NCBI GenBank assembly: GCA_001643675.2
Contig: LSRY02000024.1
Location: 496,001-560,000 of the forward strand
Direction: 5' to 3'
DNA from: Monocercomonoides exilis PA203
Taxonomy: Eukaryota; Protista; Preaxostyla
DNA: 64,000 bases
The notes under the pieces are model-generated. The model searched no databases and was not told where the DNA came from. It saw only the letters and a program-made list of their open reading frames with translations. A program made the position numbers and the translations under genes. How positions within the stretch are numbered: position 1 is the stretch's first letter; every line of letters starts with the position of its first letter. Positions 1 through 13,518 of the stretch are shown in pieces.

Positions 1-3000
1 ATATCAACAGACGAGCAAGGATTTTCTTTCGCTCCACAACTTGATAATCCGTTTCCAGAATTGCTCACAAACAAATCCGTTCCCAATCTTGGAAACAGAT
101 AATTGATCAATGAGTCTTCTTTTCTTGGTTCAGATGACTCAAGCACCCACATCTTATTTTCTGCTGTGACTCTTGTGGCTGTCCCTTCCCACAACTCTGG
201 AAAAAGCATCGTCCATGGTGATCCACACACCAAATACACATCTTCTCCCTTTTCTGCAACATTGTTCGCGAAATCATCATTCTTCATAGAGTATTCAATA
301 TTCGTTGTTTCAAATGTCAGGTGCAACCCTCCTCCTTTTCCGCTTCTCTCTGAAACTGTGCATCCATTCATCTTGTTATCATCAAACAACAAATTCCCTC
401 CATCTCCCACAATCATAACAATCCCTCCCCCAATTGCGCTCATTGACTCGCATCTGCATTCCTCAAACACACATTTGTTAATATCCACACACTTCCCACT
501 TCCCACTCTCCCATTCAACACCCCTCCATTCCCATTCACTCTCTGAATCGATTTGAATGTGCAGTTCCAGATTTTCGCATTAATCCCTTCTCCAATCTCA
601 ATCTCATTTCCATTCTCAAAACGAGATTCATTCATCGTCGTGTTCTTAATCTCAATATCTCCTCCATTTCTCAGCTCAAATAAGCTTCTTCCCACGTTTT
701 CTCTTGTCACATTCCTCACAATCACCTCATCAATCAATCCTCCAACCCCTGCTCCATCAAAAGTCACCATTCCTGATTTGGTCATTGCAAAATCTCCAAA
801 TTCACATTTTACCAGCACCACTTTCCCTCCTTTCCCACAAATCAATCCCACTCCAATCTCTTCTGATTCTGCTCCAAATGAGCATCCTTCAAATTTTAAT
901 GTGCTTGCACCGCACAGAAATACATACTCCTTTCTTGATTCGGCAAATGTTGATATTGAAAAAGCCAATGATGAAAATGAGATTATTTGTTCGCTCTTTA
1001 TCAAAAATTCATTTTCTCCTCCTTCGACAATTCCAATCTTTGCCTTTGCAATATCTCCATCAATGTTCATTTCTTGAGTGTTGAGTGTCATTTCATCGAA
1101 AATTGAACTTCCATCAACAAGTTTCAGTGTTGCCGGCGATGTGTCAAAAACACTTGTTCCTGCATATGTTAATGTGGAGCATGGAAAGTCAGCATATCCA
1201 CACTTATGATAGTCCATCCCTCCATTTCCCCCATTCACATACCCGACACTCGGTTTCTCTCGAAAGAACACCACAACTGGAATCAATATCAACTCATTCC
1301 CATCTTCTGCTCCCATAAGATCTTCAATATTAAAATCATCGCCTTCAATCTCAAATGAGAAGTCGAATGAAACATTATTCACCAATTGATACAAATTTGT
1401 TCCCTCAACAAACACATTGTTCCCTCCATGTGCCGCTGTGTTTGCTCCCTCACCTCTTCCAAATGTCAATCCACTCATCACAAAGTCCCTTCCTCCTTCT
1501 TCGCATCTCAACAACACTCCTCCTCCATACCCCCAACTGATCCCTCACCACCAGCTGAACATTTCTCAAACGATGTCACCACTCCACTCTTTCCCAAACG
1601 CATTTCTCCTGTTCCCTTCAATATCACACTCATCCCTCCTCCACATCCCTTCAATGTTCCACATCCTTCAATCACAACATCATTCACCTCAACAGCACAT
1701 CCATCCCCAACTTCTCCACTCACAACACTCCCATTTCCCTCCAAACTGCTCATCTTCATAATCGTGCAATTCCTCATCCCCAGCTTCTTTCCATTATCAT
1801 CCCATATCAGTCCTTTCCCTCCCATCACACATTCTTGTGCTGTCACATTCACAATCGTCAATGGACTCGATGATGATGACGAATACTCAATCAATCCCTT
1901 CATATTTGTAGTTTCCACACTCTCAAGCAAGGAATCCCCAATCGAAGCACCCCCATTTCCATTAATAACAATGAATGCCTTCATTCCAAATTTCACATGA
2001 GCCATGCTGAAATCTGAAATGGATAACATCCCTCCACTCGCACTCACAAACTCATAATTCGCAGAATTCACTCCGTTTCCCATCTTTATCCCACAATCAG
2101 CAAATCTCAATGTGCCTCCTGAAGAATGAACAAATGATGATCGCTCTCCAATCGATTCTCCCAATTCAAATAATATCCCTATCAATGTTGATGAAACACT
2201 GTTCATCACCAACGCTTCTTGCATTTTTGTTCCTGTTGCCTCGATTTTTATTCCAACATCTTTGTTGCTCGAATCAATCTCATATGGCTGCCCAATCAAC
2301 TTCACTTCTTCATCAAATGAAAATGTATTTGTCAGTCTGATCGTTCTCTCTGAACTCGGAAACTGAATTTCTCCAACATTCCCAATTCCTTTGCATGGAT
2401 AATCTTCATATCCACACAGCCTGAATTCACTTCCTTGTTCTCTCCCACTCACATATGCCGGCGATGAAAATGTCCGAAGAAACACAACAAGTGGAACAAT
2501 CACATCTGTCTGGTTTCTTTCTCTTCCACAAAGTTCATTCAAGTCTGCAGCATTTATTCCAATTTCTGGATTGAATCCAATTGAAGTGTTGTTGATAACA
2601 GCTGATAAGTCCTCTGCTTCCACAAACACATTTTTCCCTCCCAATGAAGCAGCACAACCATCAAAACTCACTGATGTTATCTCAAACTCACATGAGTCAT
2701 CAGCCAGATGCAGCATCACCCCTCCTCCATATCCACTGCACTTGCATCTGTTGAATTTTGTTGTTTCACTTCCTGGAGCTGATGAACTCCCCACCCGCAA
2801 CTTGCTTGAAGATGATTCCAACTCGACCTTGATCCCACCACCACTTCCAGCCTTGCATTCGCATTCTTCGATTGTCACATTCCGAACCACAAATGTCTCT
2901 CCTTCCTTCACACTCTTTGCTACAACAACCCCATCTCCTTCAGTCAACTTCACATTCATCACAGATAAGTTCGCCAGCTCGCTGTCTCCAGATGTTTTGG

Positions 3001-5428
3001 CTGTCAGATACAATGCAGATGACGACAACGAAGAAGAAGAAGAAGGAGAGAGATTCGGCTCAGAGAACAATGGTTTTGAGACATTCATATTTATGATCTC
3101 CACACCAACCATCAACAGCTGTGACAGTGGCACCACAAACACCGATGACGACATCACATACTCTCCAGTTTTACTCGTGGTGATCACAACATCCTCCAAC
3201 GAGAGTGATCCATTCCCACCAGTCACCACAACCACACTCGGCGAAGGACTTGAATTTGAATTGCAGTCAACCTTCATGTGCAATAAACCAAGATGACCTG
3301 TTGACACACTGAACAGAGCTCCAGTTGATGAAAGTGCCCCTGTTCCAATCGAACATGTTTCCCTTCTTTTTCCAATGACCGAAATCTTCTTTTCTCCAAT
3401 ATCAATAGTTATCGTCTCGCTGACATGTTTCCCTTCCATCAGTGTGACTGACAGACTCATTTGAATCACGCTCTTTTCAACAGCAATACCAATAGTTCTG
3501 CATGCACTTGACTCATCCAATCCGCACAACTCTTCTTCACCACCACCACTCACAGCCACAAATCGATTGAGGATCCCCCTCTTCAGCCAATCCTTCTTTT
3601 CTGTGTGTTGAACAGACCAGTTGCTTCCCGTATAATTGTATGCATAGCACATTCTCTTCTCATCTGCATTTGTGGTGTAACATTCTTTGAACGGATTATT
3701 TTGAGATAAATAAACACTGTAGTAATCAAAATACATCATATCATGACCAAATGGAGTAACTGCAGAGCATTTGCATTCATGGAAGAACAAAAAATAACAA
3801 TAAAATGCGTCATTTGGCGCATTTTCTCTATTCGGATTAATCCAAAATCCTCCTCCATTTGCCGTTGCTGAACATGAAATAAATTGAACGCTCCTCATTT
3901 TGAATGTTACAGGAACAGTTAGACAATACATGCCTCCGCCACTTGAACTTGAAAGTGAGCATGAAGTGAAACTGCAGTCGAACACACACGCACTTTCCCC
4001 TCCTCCATTTTCTGCTGGAATGCATCCTGATCCAGATACCTGAAAATTTTCAAGAAAAAGTCCTCCTCCTGCATTATTTGCTTTGCAACCCTGAAATTCA
4101 CATCCGCTGATCCGAACACACGTTGAAATCGTATAAACAAATACCCCTCCTCCATATCGATTTTGCGCAGTACATGAACCAAATGTGTTGTTCGCAATCT
4201 CAACAGAATTAATACAATGGCAATGAACGCCTCCGCCTGCATAATGAGCATAGCAATCATTGAATGAACAATGCGAAACCGAAAGTTCTCCTGAATTGAG
4301 GTTATATATTCGAATTGCTCCACCGTTGGAAGCTTCATCTGCGTAATCATCTTTGTTTCCATTAGCCTTCGATCCGTTCCACTCGCACCAAGTGAATGAA
4401 TTAGCTCCATTATCTGTTTCGTTTTGTCTCCCTGGAGTCAACTTAACATCTGAAGTTCCTTCACATACAACATTCCTTGTCCGATAACATCCCACAAACG
4501 AGGTGTTTGAGGCAGACAAGGAAGCCAAAGGGTTATTGAGGGAGGGAACAATCCCACCATCATACGTATCGCAAACAGATGAGAATGAGCAACTGCTCAT
4601 AATACATGATGCTTTTGTTGACGTAGTGGCTGAAGGTGAACATGCATCATTTGCTGTTGAAATGTTGAAAAAAGTGAGTTTGGAGAGGGATACGATGGGG
4701 ATAGAAGGAGAAGAAAGGAATGGGGCTGTTGAGACACAAAAAGAAGAGAAGTGTGATTCGCTCACTGAAATACTCCCTTCTCCTTCATCTCTCCCCCCAA
4801 ACAGCCTTCCCGAATATATCTTTCCCCAACTTTCCCATCCATTCAATGTGATATTCTTTAATATCCCAATGCTCCCACAAAGATCAAATGCCCCTGCCTC
4901 ATTGCCCTTCCCCATCCCCACAACACACCCCCTCACTGCAACCACACTCCCCTTCCTTCCGCGCACAACACTCCCACGCTCACCCCCAATCAGCCCAATC
5001 TCCTTCAACTCAATGGAAGAGTTTGATGCACAAACACATCCACCAATCTCACTTTTTATATGATCTTTCAACATTTCTTTAAAACGGTGCATCCGATAAT
5101 TACTTGATATTTCTGGTTCATTCGTCCGATAATATCTTTTGTTTTCCTTCACATCATGCTGCAAATCGTGTTTTTCGGATTTTCCTTCAATTTCAGTGTT
5201 TCCAAGGCTGATGCTCGGTTGGAAAGTATTCATGTGTTGCAATAAATTATTGTAATACACTTTATGCTCTGATGAATTTTCAAGACATCTGTGCATCTGA
5301 GGATGAACAAATATTTTCTCGCTTCTGCACTCTTCTTCGCGTTGTTGTTCGATGAAATGTTCGGTTGACTGGGAATTAACGATAAAAATGTATGCAAGGA
5401 CTGTAAAAAATATAACTGTTGATCGCAT
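1..5428 (-). CDS. Giant Cys/Gly-rich surface protein (beta-helix/Pmp-like repeats), paralogue of 23579-34717; runs off the window start; one 1-nt frameshift near 1530-1534
   Basis: ORF 1508-5428 has a signal peptide and an N-terminus nearly identical to the 3712-aa ORF. Homology continues to position 1 in another frame. The break is a C5 run where the paralogue has G6 (27491-27496). Confidence 0.85.
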
Positions 5429-6340
5429 CTCTAACGCTTAATCAATGAAACGAAGAAAAGTTGTTTTTGTGCATTTATTAAGGGCAAAAAACAAAATAAA
5501 CATTTTTATTTAAGAAACACTTAAATATATGAAACGTTTTGTGCTTTAATAACATTCTTGAAAGTCATCTCTATTTAAAACAACATGTTCAACATAAAGA
5601 AAAACAAATTGTTTGATTTATTGATAAATCTTTGAAAACAATACAATTGACACAATCATACAAGCAAATTCGAAACACTCTCAAACAAATTAATTTATTT
5701 ATAATTATTCTGGAAAAGCAAGGAAATTTTGAATCAATTCTTGTGTGCATAGTGGAAAAGGGTTTTTGAGAAATAACAAAAGGATGGTGAATCTGTTATT
5801 TTTCAGTCGAAGAAGAATTTTCATTTTGTGTGCAAAACTTCTCATTCACAATCACATTTGGTGAGCTTCTTCAGAAATATTATTTCTATTTGTTAAAGCG
5901 TGTGTGAAACAAAAATCACACAACATTCATTATTCACAGAGAAGGATAACAAAATCATAACTCCAAAACAGAACTCGAAATATTGAATACAAAAGTTTCG
6001 ATTGGGAAAACAAAAGCAAAAACAAAAACAATTTCAACAGAAATCAACTCAAAAAGATTCCACCTGCCAATTCAAAAAACATGAACCACAAATTCACAAT
6101 TCAAAAAAATAAAAAATACATTTCCATGATAAAAATCTCAATCAAAAGAAGTCGTTTCAACTTTTATCAAAAAATGAAAACAAAAAAGAAAAAAAGAAAA
6201 AAGAAAAAAAAGCATTCGATAACAGATTCTCTCGCTTTGTTTGGATTCAGCCAAAAGGAAGAAATGTGGAAGAAGAGAATGAATGTGGTTGAGAGTTGTT
6301 GGGAGGAGAAGAAGGAGAAGGAGGAGAAGGAGGAGAAGGA
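1..6340. repeat. Inverted segmental duplication, copy A (partner ~22665-29025)
   Basis: Antisense ORFs are identical in several frames (553-1077 = 27949-28473, 704-1084 = 27942-28322, 1085-1318 = 27708-27941). The peptide PPNNSQPHSFSSSTFLPFG* ends both ORF 6247-6519(-) and ORF 15546-22760(+). Confidence 0.95.
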
Positions 6341-7099
6341 GAAGGCGAAGAAGAAGAAGAAGAAGAAAAAGTACGAAAACATGAAGAAGGCAAAGTTAAT
6401 GAAGATAATGATTTGATAATTGAAGCAAACAAAGTGGAGCAGCTGAAGAAGAAAGGAATATTCATGTTTCTGTGCTTGAACGACATGGCTCTTCGGAATA
6501 TGTGCTTGAAAAGCAACAAATGTCAACGAGATTGCGGATGAGGAAGATTATCCCTGATGAAAATTAATTGAATGAGTTGGCTGTGCTTCAACGGCGAGGA
6601 GGAAGAATTACAGAAAAAGTTGGCATTCATTCGTCAATACTCATGCAGTGGATGAAAGGACTTCTGGAATGCATTCTTTGATACCCAAGGCACAAAATTC
6701 AATGGATCATGCATTGACATAGAAGCTGAGCGAAATTATGACTTTGTTGTAAAACAAACGATGAAACCAAAAACCATCAAATTCTCTTTCATTGGCAGTG
6801 GCGTCGAAGAAAGCAAACTTCGAATGATAATCGCCTTGCTTGCTCAAAATGGCTGTCCTTTCGAAGAATGAAATCCAGATGTGGCTGGCCTGAATGTTGT
6901 TCGACTGTCAACAAATATTTGATAATTGAATGTCTCGTAGTTGGAGTTTCTCCACTTTTTTGAAGCAAAAGCGGAATCAGAAATAGAATTTCATCGCTTT
7001 CCATGTCTGCCTGGATCAGTACGAGAAACAGGAAAACCTTACAAATAAAACCGATATTTTGGGGTTCTCCTTTTTTAAGTTGAATTCTTGCCTGTTTTA

Positions 7100-7900
7100 A
7101 AGTGATTAATATTCTTCCCTTGATATTGCCAGTCACTTTCTTTGCCAAAAAAGCTTCTCTCATGCCTTATGCTCCCAAATTCTATGTAATTTTGTGCAGA
7201 TTTTGTCCTTCACAGAATTCCTTCCATAAATTTTCATTCAACAAAATAACAATTGAATTTGTTTTCATCTCTTGTCCTAAATAAATATCATGTATCTTCC
7301 GTAACTTCATTTATTTCCCAATGGCTATACAATAATCAGCTCCGTTCTCATCGTATTGCTCCACAAAGCGGAGATTGGCCATTTCAACAATAACTCACAT
7401 TCCTGAACTTTGGAGAGGATACGGATGGAAATATCTTCACAATCAATAGAACTATAAAAATTACATACATTATGTCTTTTTGTGTTATTGATGAAATTGT
7501 TGTGTTCCCCTTGGCCATCCAATTACCAATAATCATCAGGCAGAATTTCAAAAATATTGCATTGCCTCATTTCTTGTTGCTATCACAGGAAATAATATTT
7601 CAAATTCAATAGGTAATGTTCATTCATGTATTCTCGATCAATGCATAAATATTTCATTTCAAAGAAAACTATTCGATCAAAGGATCCATAACAAATAAAG
7701 CAAATTGGAAAAACCTTTTTAATCTTTTAATAACCAACAAAAAATACAAATGCATAGAATGACAGTGTGAACGCTCATATTTTTATGACAATTTTGAGAT
7801 TTAATTATTCTCCAATTTCATCTATCCAAACATGTGCGAATTCAATGCGAATATGAAAATATATTATTTTCTGGATGCATTGTAATTTCAAAAAGCAGAT
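7100..7900. repeat. Conserved upstream block of the helical gene family, inverted homologue at ~56200-57025
   Basis: For example, 7340-7430 matches the reverse complement of 56680-56790 (ttgaaatggccaatctccgcttt...agcaatacgatgag), and 7102-7190 matches 56940-57025. Confidence 0.8.
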
Positions 7901-9288
7901 GATGAGCGTACAAAAAATGTTCAAAGGTTTTCACTCATTATTGCTTTTGAATTCTAACTTATTCCGATTGGACTGGTTTATTTTTTCAGAATTGCTTCAT
8001 GAATTGGAGCATTGCACTGACTCTGAGCAGAAACAGAAAATTGAAGAAATGGACGAAATAATTGATGGAATGAATAAAGAAGAATTCGAATCTATTTTCA
8101 CGAATGAACTATTTGATAATATCAACAAAATGATTGAAGAAAAGAAAATATCAATGGAAATTTCTGTTGAGCTATTGAAGCACATTGGATATTGCGCAGT
8201 TTTGAAAAATATGATTAATAGATGCATTGAATTTTCTTTGCTGAAATCAAGATTAGATGAAATGATCATTGAAGAAGAAGAGAAAATAGAAGGAAAGAAC
8301 GAAAAGCTTCTTGTTGATCTTTGCGAATGCTATCTTTTGTTGAACAGGTGGGCTTCTTCGAAATTTCTTTCAATTTGTGTGCATTGTCTTCTGAAGGTTT
8401 CCTTGAAAAAAGAGGAAAACGAAGAAGCAAGAAAAGAAGTGGAAATTGCTTTGCTGGCGTTGAGCAATATTGCGATGTGGAAGGTCAGATTTATTTTTTG
8501 ATATGTTTTTGGATTTTATTTTTTTTATACTTAGTTTATCGAACAAAATCTGTACTTGAAGGAAATCAAAGAAATCATCCAATGTCATCAGAAACATCAC
8601 AACCTCACTCGACTTGCGTATCAGTCGGCTTGGCAGTTTTTGATAAACAGATTATATGAAGATTACAGCTTGGTTGAAGTGGTTGTGAATGAGCTGCATT
8701 TTGGAAGGGAGGCAGCAAGAGAACTGGATGAGCTCAGGGGAAATGTGGATTGGAAGAGAAAAGAAGAAAGAGGAAAAGAAGCGAAAGAAGTGCATATTTT
8801 GATCAGATGGCTTGATGTGATTGGAGATTTCTTTTTCGAATGTCGATTGTCAAATGAAGAATACATAGGGCTTATCAGCAGCATGACAAGGTTGTTCAGA
8901 GCATCAAGGGATAATTACAGAGAAATTAACTTTTTCTGCATTTGTTTAATTGGAACAGTAGCAGATAATAGAGCGCTGGAAATTGAAGACCTGTTTAAGA
9001 GTGAAGCTATTGATGCTGCTTTGGAGGAGATAATTCGGTCTAATACTAAATACTCACAAATTGACTTTTATTTATCATTTTTTCGGAGTACTTCGTGAAA
9101 GATTGAAGAACAAGGAGGTTAATGAAACCGAAAGGAAAAAAAGAAATGAAATGAAAAGAAAGTTGATTGAAAAGATGGGGAAAAAAGGATATGAAGATTG
9201 CATCATCAGTCTGCGCAATGTCATTCTTATAAAAACATTTGACGAATTTTTGTATAATAATTTGGAAGAATGTTTTGTATACTCCTAA
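7875..9288 (+). CDS. Uncharacterised alpha-helical (ARM/HEAT-like?) multicopy family, copy 1; introns 7927-7989 and 8484-8534; +1 frameshift in T-run ~9078-9083
   Basis: Family motifs QKIEEM, EKLLVDLCECY, KEVEIALLALS, HHNLTRLAYQSAW, GYEDCIIS. GT-AG introns join the three exons in frame. Confidence 0.8.
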
Positions 9289-10427
9289 TTCATCTGTGTT
9301 TCGATTCACTAAATTTTTTGCATTCAAAATCCTTTTCACTTTATGTATATCGTTTGTTTTCTATACTCTGTGAAGTGAATGTATAACATTCTTTTTCAAT
9401 GAGTTGAACAGCAAAGGTTTTGAGTTTTAATTTATTATCTTTTCTTCTTTTTCTTTTTCTGCAGCCTTTCATCAAATATAAAAATAAAGGCAGCTATTTT
9501 TTATGATTTTGTCATCTTTTCATATTTGGAACGTTTTGATGAACATCAAAATTGTAAAATTGATGATTATTTTAACTTTTTATTTTTTCATTTATTTTGT
9601 ATTTTTATATGTGAGGTTATTTTAAATAGTGGTATTTTTCAGGGTGTAGATTATTTCCTAATTCTTTTATTGACGGTATATTCATTTTTTATTGGATTCC
9701 TAATCCATTCCAGTAACTTGTGAAATGTGTAAATGCATTTTTTGTTTTTAATAATTTTTTGTTCCATTACGTCAAAAATTATTCAACATCAAAAAAGTTT
9801 AATTCATCATCGAAAATTCATTAATCATCATTTGTTTTGAAAGATTTTCAAAACACAGACTCGTATCAGTTGTTTTTTGTTGAGTTAATGATCAAGAAAT
9901 TCGACAATTTCAATCGAAAAAAACCGTTTTAAATGTTTTTTTAATGTTTGATTGTGTTCAATTGCGTTAATGAGTAAATTTTTGAATATTATAATAAACT
10001 CTTCACTTGTGCAAAGGAAAAAATAAGTTTATTTAAAAAAAAAATTAAAATGATATGATTTTTTTTTACAATCATGCAATTCATAAAAAAATGAAAAACC
10101 AATTTCATTTATTTCAAACGAAATATAAGAAACAGTATTTGTTGAATTTGAAGATAACAAAATGAAACATTTTCAACTTTCAAAATGAGAAAATAATAAA
10201 TGGATTTCGTTTTATACTGTTGAAAGCAGCAGTTAGAAATAAAAGAAAAGCATTCTCTGCAAATAAACACTTTTTACTGCAGTCGAAATCGGATTTTGTA
10301 ACAAAGAATGAAATTAACATAAGTTATCATTTCATTTTTCTATACTGAAAAGTTTTTTTTTTTTCATTCATTCATTTTTCAACTCATATGATCTCAGAGC
10401 TAATTATTCGTGTGATTGTTTTTGATT

Positions 10428-10669
10428 TGGCAAAATTTTTTTGAAAAGTTCCTTTTGTTTAATTTTCTACAAAAATAATAATTTCATATTTTGATCAAAT
10501 TTCTGTTCCCACTTATGAAAATATGTTTTCATGAAAACAAAATCAAGACAAAGCTACTATTTACATGATTGTGAAGTTTCGTGAGTGGGAACAAAAATTT
10601 GATAAAAATATGAAATTTTTGTTTTATTTGAAAATAAAACAAATGGAACTTTTCAAAAAAATTTTGCCA
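10428..10669. mobile_element. MITE-like foldback element with ~95-bp imperfect inverted arms
   Basis: tggcaaaatttttttgaaaagttcc...gttcccacttatgaaa pairs with tttcgtgagtgggaac...ggaacttttcaaaaaaattttgcca. No ORF. Confidence 0.65.
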
Positions 10670-10791
10670 TTTCATATTTTTCCATTCAATATTTTGTATT
10701 TGAAAAACTCATTAAAAAAACGAAATGAACATTGAAAAATCAAAAAGGCTTTTTTATTACGCATTCATCTTTATTTCAGCAAAAACATTTA

Positions 10792-11098
10792 CTTTTGACA
10801 CAGTTGTAAAAGTTTTTGTATTTGAATTCAAAATCTCTTCCCAATGACACACAATCTTTGAAAAAACAACACACACACAGAAGAAAGTTATGATTTCGAA
10901 AATAATTATCCATGTTTCAGAACAATGAATTAAAAAAATGAACTTAAAGATTCAAGAACTTTCACAAAAAGAATAACAATTGGGTGATTATTTTTGAAAT
11001 CATAACTTTTTTCTGTGTGTTGTTTTTCCAGAGGTTGTTTGCCATCTGGAAGAGATTTTGAATTAAAATGAAAAATTCTTAACAACTGTTTCAAAAAC
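10792..11098. repeat. Imperfect palindrome with ~120-bp arms and ~68-bp spacer, made of two copies of the dispersed 'A-end' repeat
   Basis: 10792-10912 matches the reverse complement of 10981-11098 (gaattcaaaatctcttcc...aaagttatgatttcgaaaataatta). The same motif recurs at 11483, 13265, 60788 and 61005. Confidence 0.8.
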
Positions 11099-11480
11099 AC
11101 ATGAATGAGCAAAATTGAAGACGACGATCTTTTGAACATTCCTGTTAACTTTTAAGTGTTCTTTTGTCGATATTAAAGGAAATTATATGAATAGAAAATA
11201 TAGAATGAAAAAATATGTTTTGAATAATAACAACTCATTTGGAAATGATAATTGAATTTTTATTATAAAAAAATATTGGATGCTGAATAAACCACATCAA
11301 AAATAAAAACCCAATAATTTTCTATCTATTTTGCTGTATTTTTTTCAAAAAAAATATAACTTTGAAATAGTGGAATTCTTCAAAGAAAAAAAATTTTTTT
11401 GCTTTTTTTTTTTGCGAAATTCAAAATTGTTCACCAATATCAAAGAATAGTTCCAGATCATAATAATTAATTGGAAAAAA

Positions 11481-13298
11481 AATTGGGTAATTATTTTCGA
11501 AATCGTATCATTTTTAGGGGTGTTGATTTTTCAAAGATCGTTCGTTATTTGAAAGAGAATTTAAATTCCGAAGAGAAAAAGCACAATAATTGATTTTATA
11601 TACTAATGTTTTTGTTACACTGACAATCAAAAATAACTGATTCACTTTTGAAAATTGAAAATTTGAACCAATAGTGAAGAAAGACAAAAATCGTATTCAA
11701 TTATTGTAATAATTAAACATGTTCATGCTTTAAAATTGAGATAATTTTTTTTTTCTCTTTTCAAGAACAATGAAAAAAGAACGGTTTTCCTGAAAATGGA
11801 AAAAATTATTTGTCAAAAATATGAGATCTGAATTTTCAAAAAAAAGTAAAATTTTAAGAATTAATACCAATAACATAATCAAAATACATTGATAGTAGAT
11901 TGATTTTCCTTCATTCAATATAACTGTTTTGAGGAGTTTGTACATCGAATGAACAAGTTTATTAATAATATCCATTTCAATTTCATTCCAGGCATCCAAA
12001 ATTGATTGTTTCAGCTCATTCACATCTTTCTTTGGTTTCCCATCATTGAAAACTTTCCTGGATAAAATGCTCCACACATTTTCGATGATATCAAAATCTG
12101 GAGAATAATGGGGCTATTCAACGCTGGTAATTGAAAAATCTCTGATGACATTTTGCACCTTTATGGATCGATGAATAGGCGAATTATCGTGGATAAATCT
12201 CCAATTATTTTTGAACCGCTTGCGTGCATAAGGAATCAATGAAAATTTCAAAATACTGCAATATTCCTCAGAATTCATTGTTTTGCTGACAAAAACGATT
12301 GGTGATTTGAAATTATAACACACTAAGGCCCATATATTTATTTTTTCATGTTTATTCTGACTTTGATGGTTGACAATTTCCTCATTATCTTTTTCAATCC
12401 ATTCCATTCTTGTATTATCTGGTCCAAATTAATTGAGTTTTTTTCCATCTGCGAAGATCGAAAGTTCCCATAATTCATCATCCCTGAAATGTTTTTCAGC
12501 AAATTCGTTTCTCTTCTCACAAGCATTCTTTGATAGGAAAGGTTTGATTTTTCTCTTTGTTTATTTTCTATTTATCAAGCGCAATAGTCGATGAGCAGTG
12601 GAATTGCTGCAATTTACACCAAGATAATCGGTTGGATCTCTGGCTCTTCGAATTTGCATGCATTTTGATTCTTTTTTAGCTTTCCTCAACAGAGCATACG
12701 TTCGAATAAGTGGCCTTCCGAGTTTGCGGCTGACTTGCCGTTTTGTTTGAATATGGTTTGTTTTTAAGTCCTTTTTTGCAGTATTGACTGAAATATTTAA
12801 TAAACGAGCAATATCGTTTCTTCATTTCCCTTGATCGCGCAGTATATGTATTTTCTTTTGAATCGAGCCCTTTGTAATTCTTGTCATTTTGTTTTGTTTG
12901 TGTATTATTTCTTTTTTTATATTAATACCTTTATCATTCGCAAATTAACCTTTTTTCCAGATCACATTTTTTTGAACAAAATTTTCTGATAAATAATTAC
13001 ACAAACATTTTTTAATATTGATCAAATCTTTTTTTTAACACAAAAACCGATAAATCTTTAATATCATTTATTAATTAACTGATCGACAAATTTCAGCTTT
13101 CAACTTATGCTTTTATTGTAAAAAAATAAAGAAACTTCATCAGGATCACATAATTCTGATGAGCAGTGTAAGTTAAAGATAAAAATGTTTTGTATTATCC
13201 TTTTCACTCTTTGGTGTTTTTTTATTGTTATTTGAAAAGTACTTTTGCATCGAAATTTTTGTATGAAAAAATATGATTTCAAAAATAATCACACAATT
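11481..13298 (-). mobile_element. Degenerate Tc1/mariner-type element, tentatively bounded by inverted copies of aattgggtgattatttttgaaatcata
   Basis: The inverted motif lies at 11481-11510 and 13265-13298 and encloses the transposase pseudogene. A weaker inner IR pair exists at ~11805-11850 and ~12942-12985. Confidence 0.55.
11890..12887 (-). pseudogene. Tc1-family DD34E transposase pseudogene
   Basis: ATG at 12887. HTH-like N-terminus (RNDIARLLNIS, GRP), then IFAD, FIHDNSPIH, *PHYSPDFDIIENVWSIL and ELKQSILDAWNEI. 34 residues separate the second D from E. Several stops and a frameshift. Confidence 0.9.
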
Positions 13299-13518
13299 AT
13301 ATAAAAATTGCAAAAAATTTTTTGATCGCAATCCATAGTAAAATTGAAACAATATTTTATTATGGAATTACAGATTCTCTTTGTGAAAAGAAACAGTATT
13401 CTAAACGTAAAATATTTAAAGTTTACAAATTGGATTTATTAAATCATCAACATTTTAATATTTCCTAATATTATCTTTTTTCCTTTGTGGAATAAAATTA
13501 GAAAAATTTCAACCAAAC

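Noticed and set aside
103-5082. Many + strand ORFs here, and - strand ORFs within 23925-34737
   Set aside because: Antisense shadows of the Gly/Glu-rich giant genes.
6081-6541. Overlapping K/E-rich and F/S-rich ORFs
   Set aside because: Produced by the GA microsatellite and A-tracts at the duplication edge.
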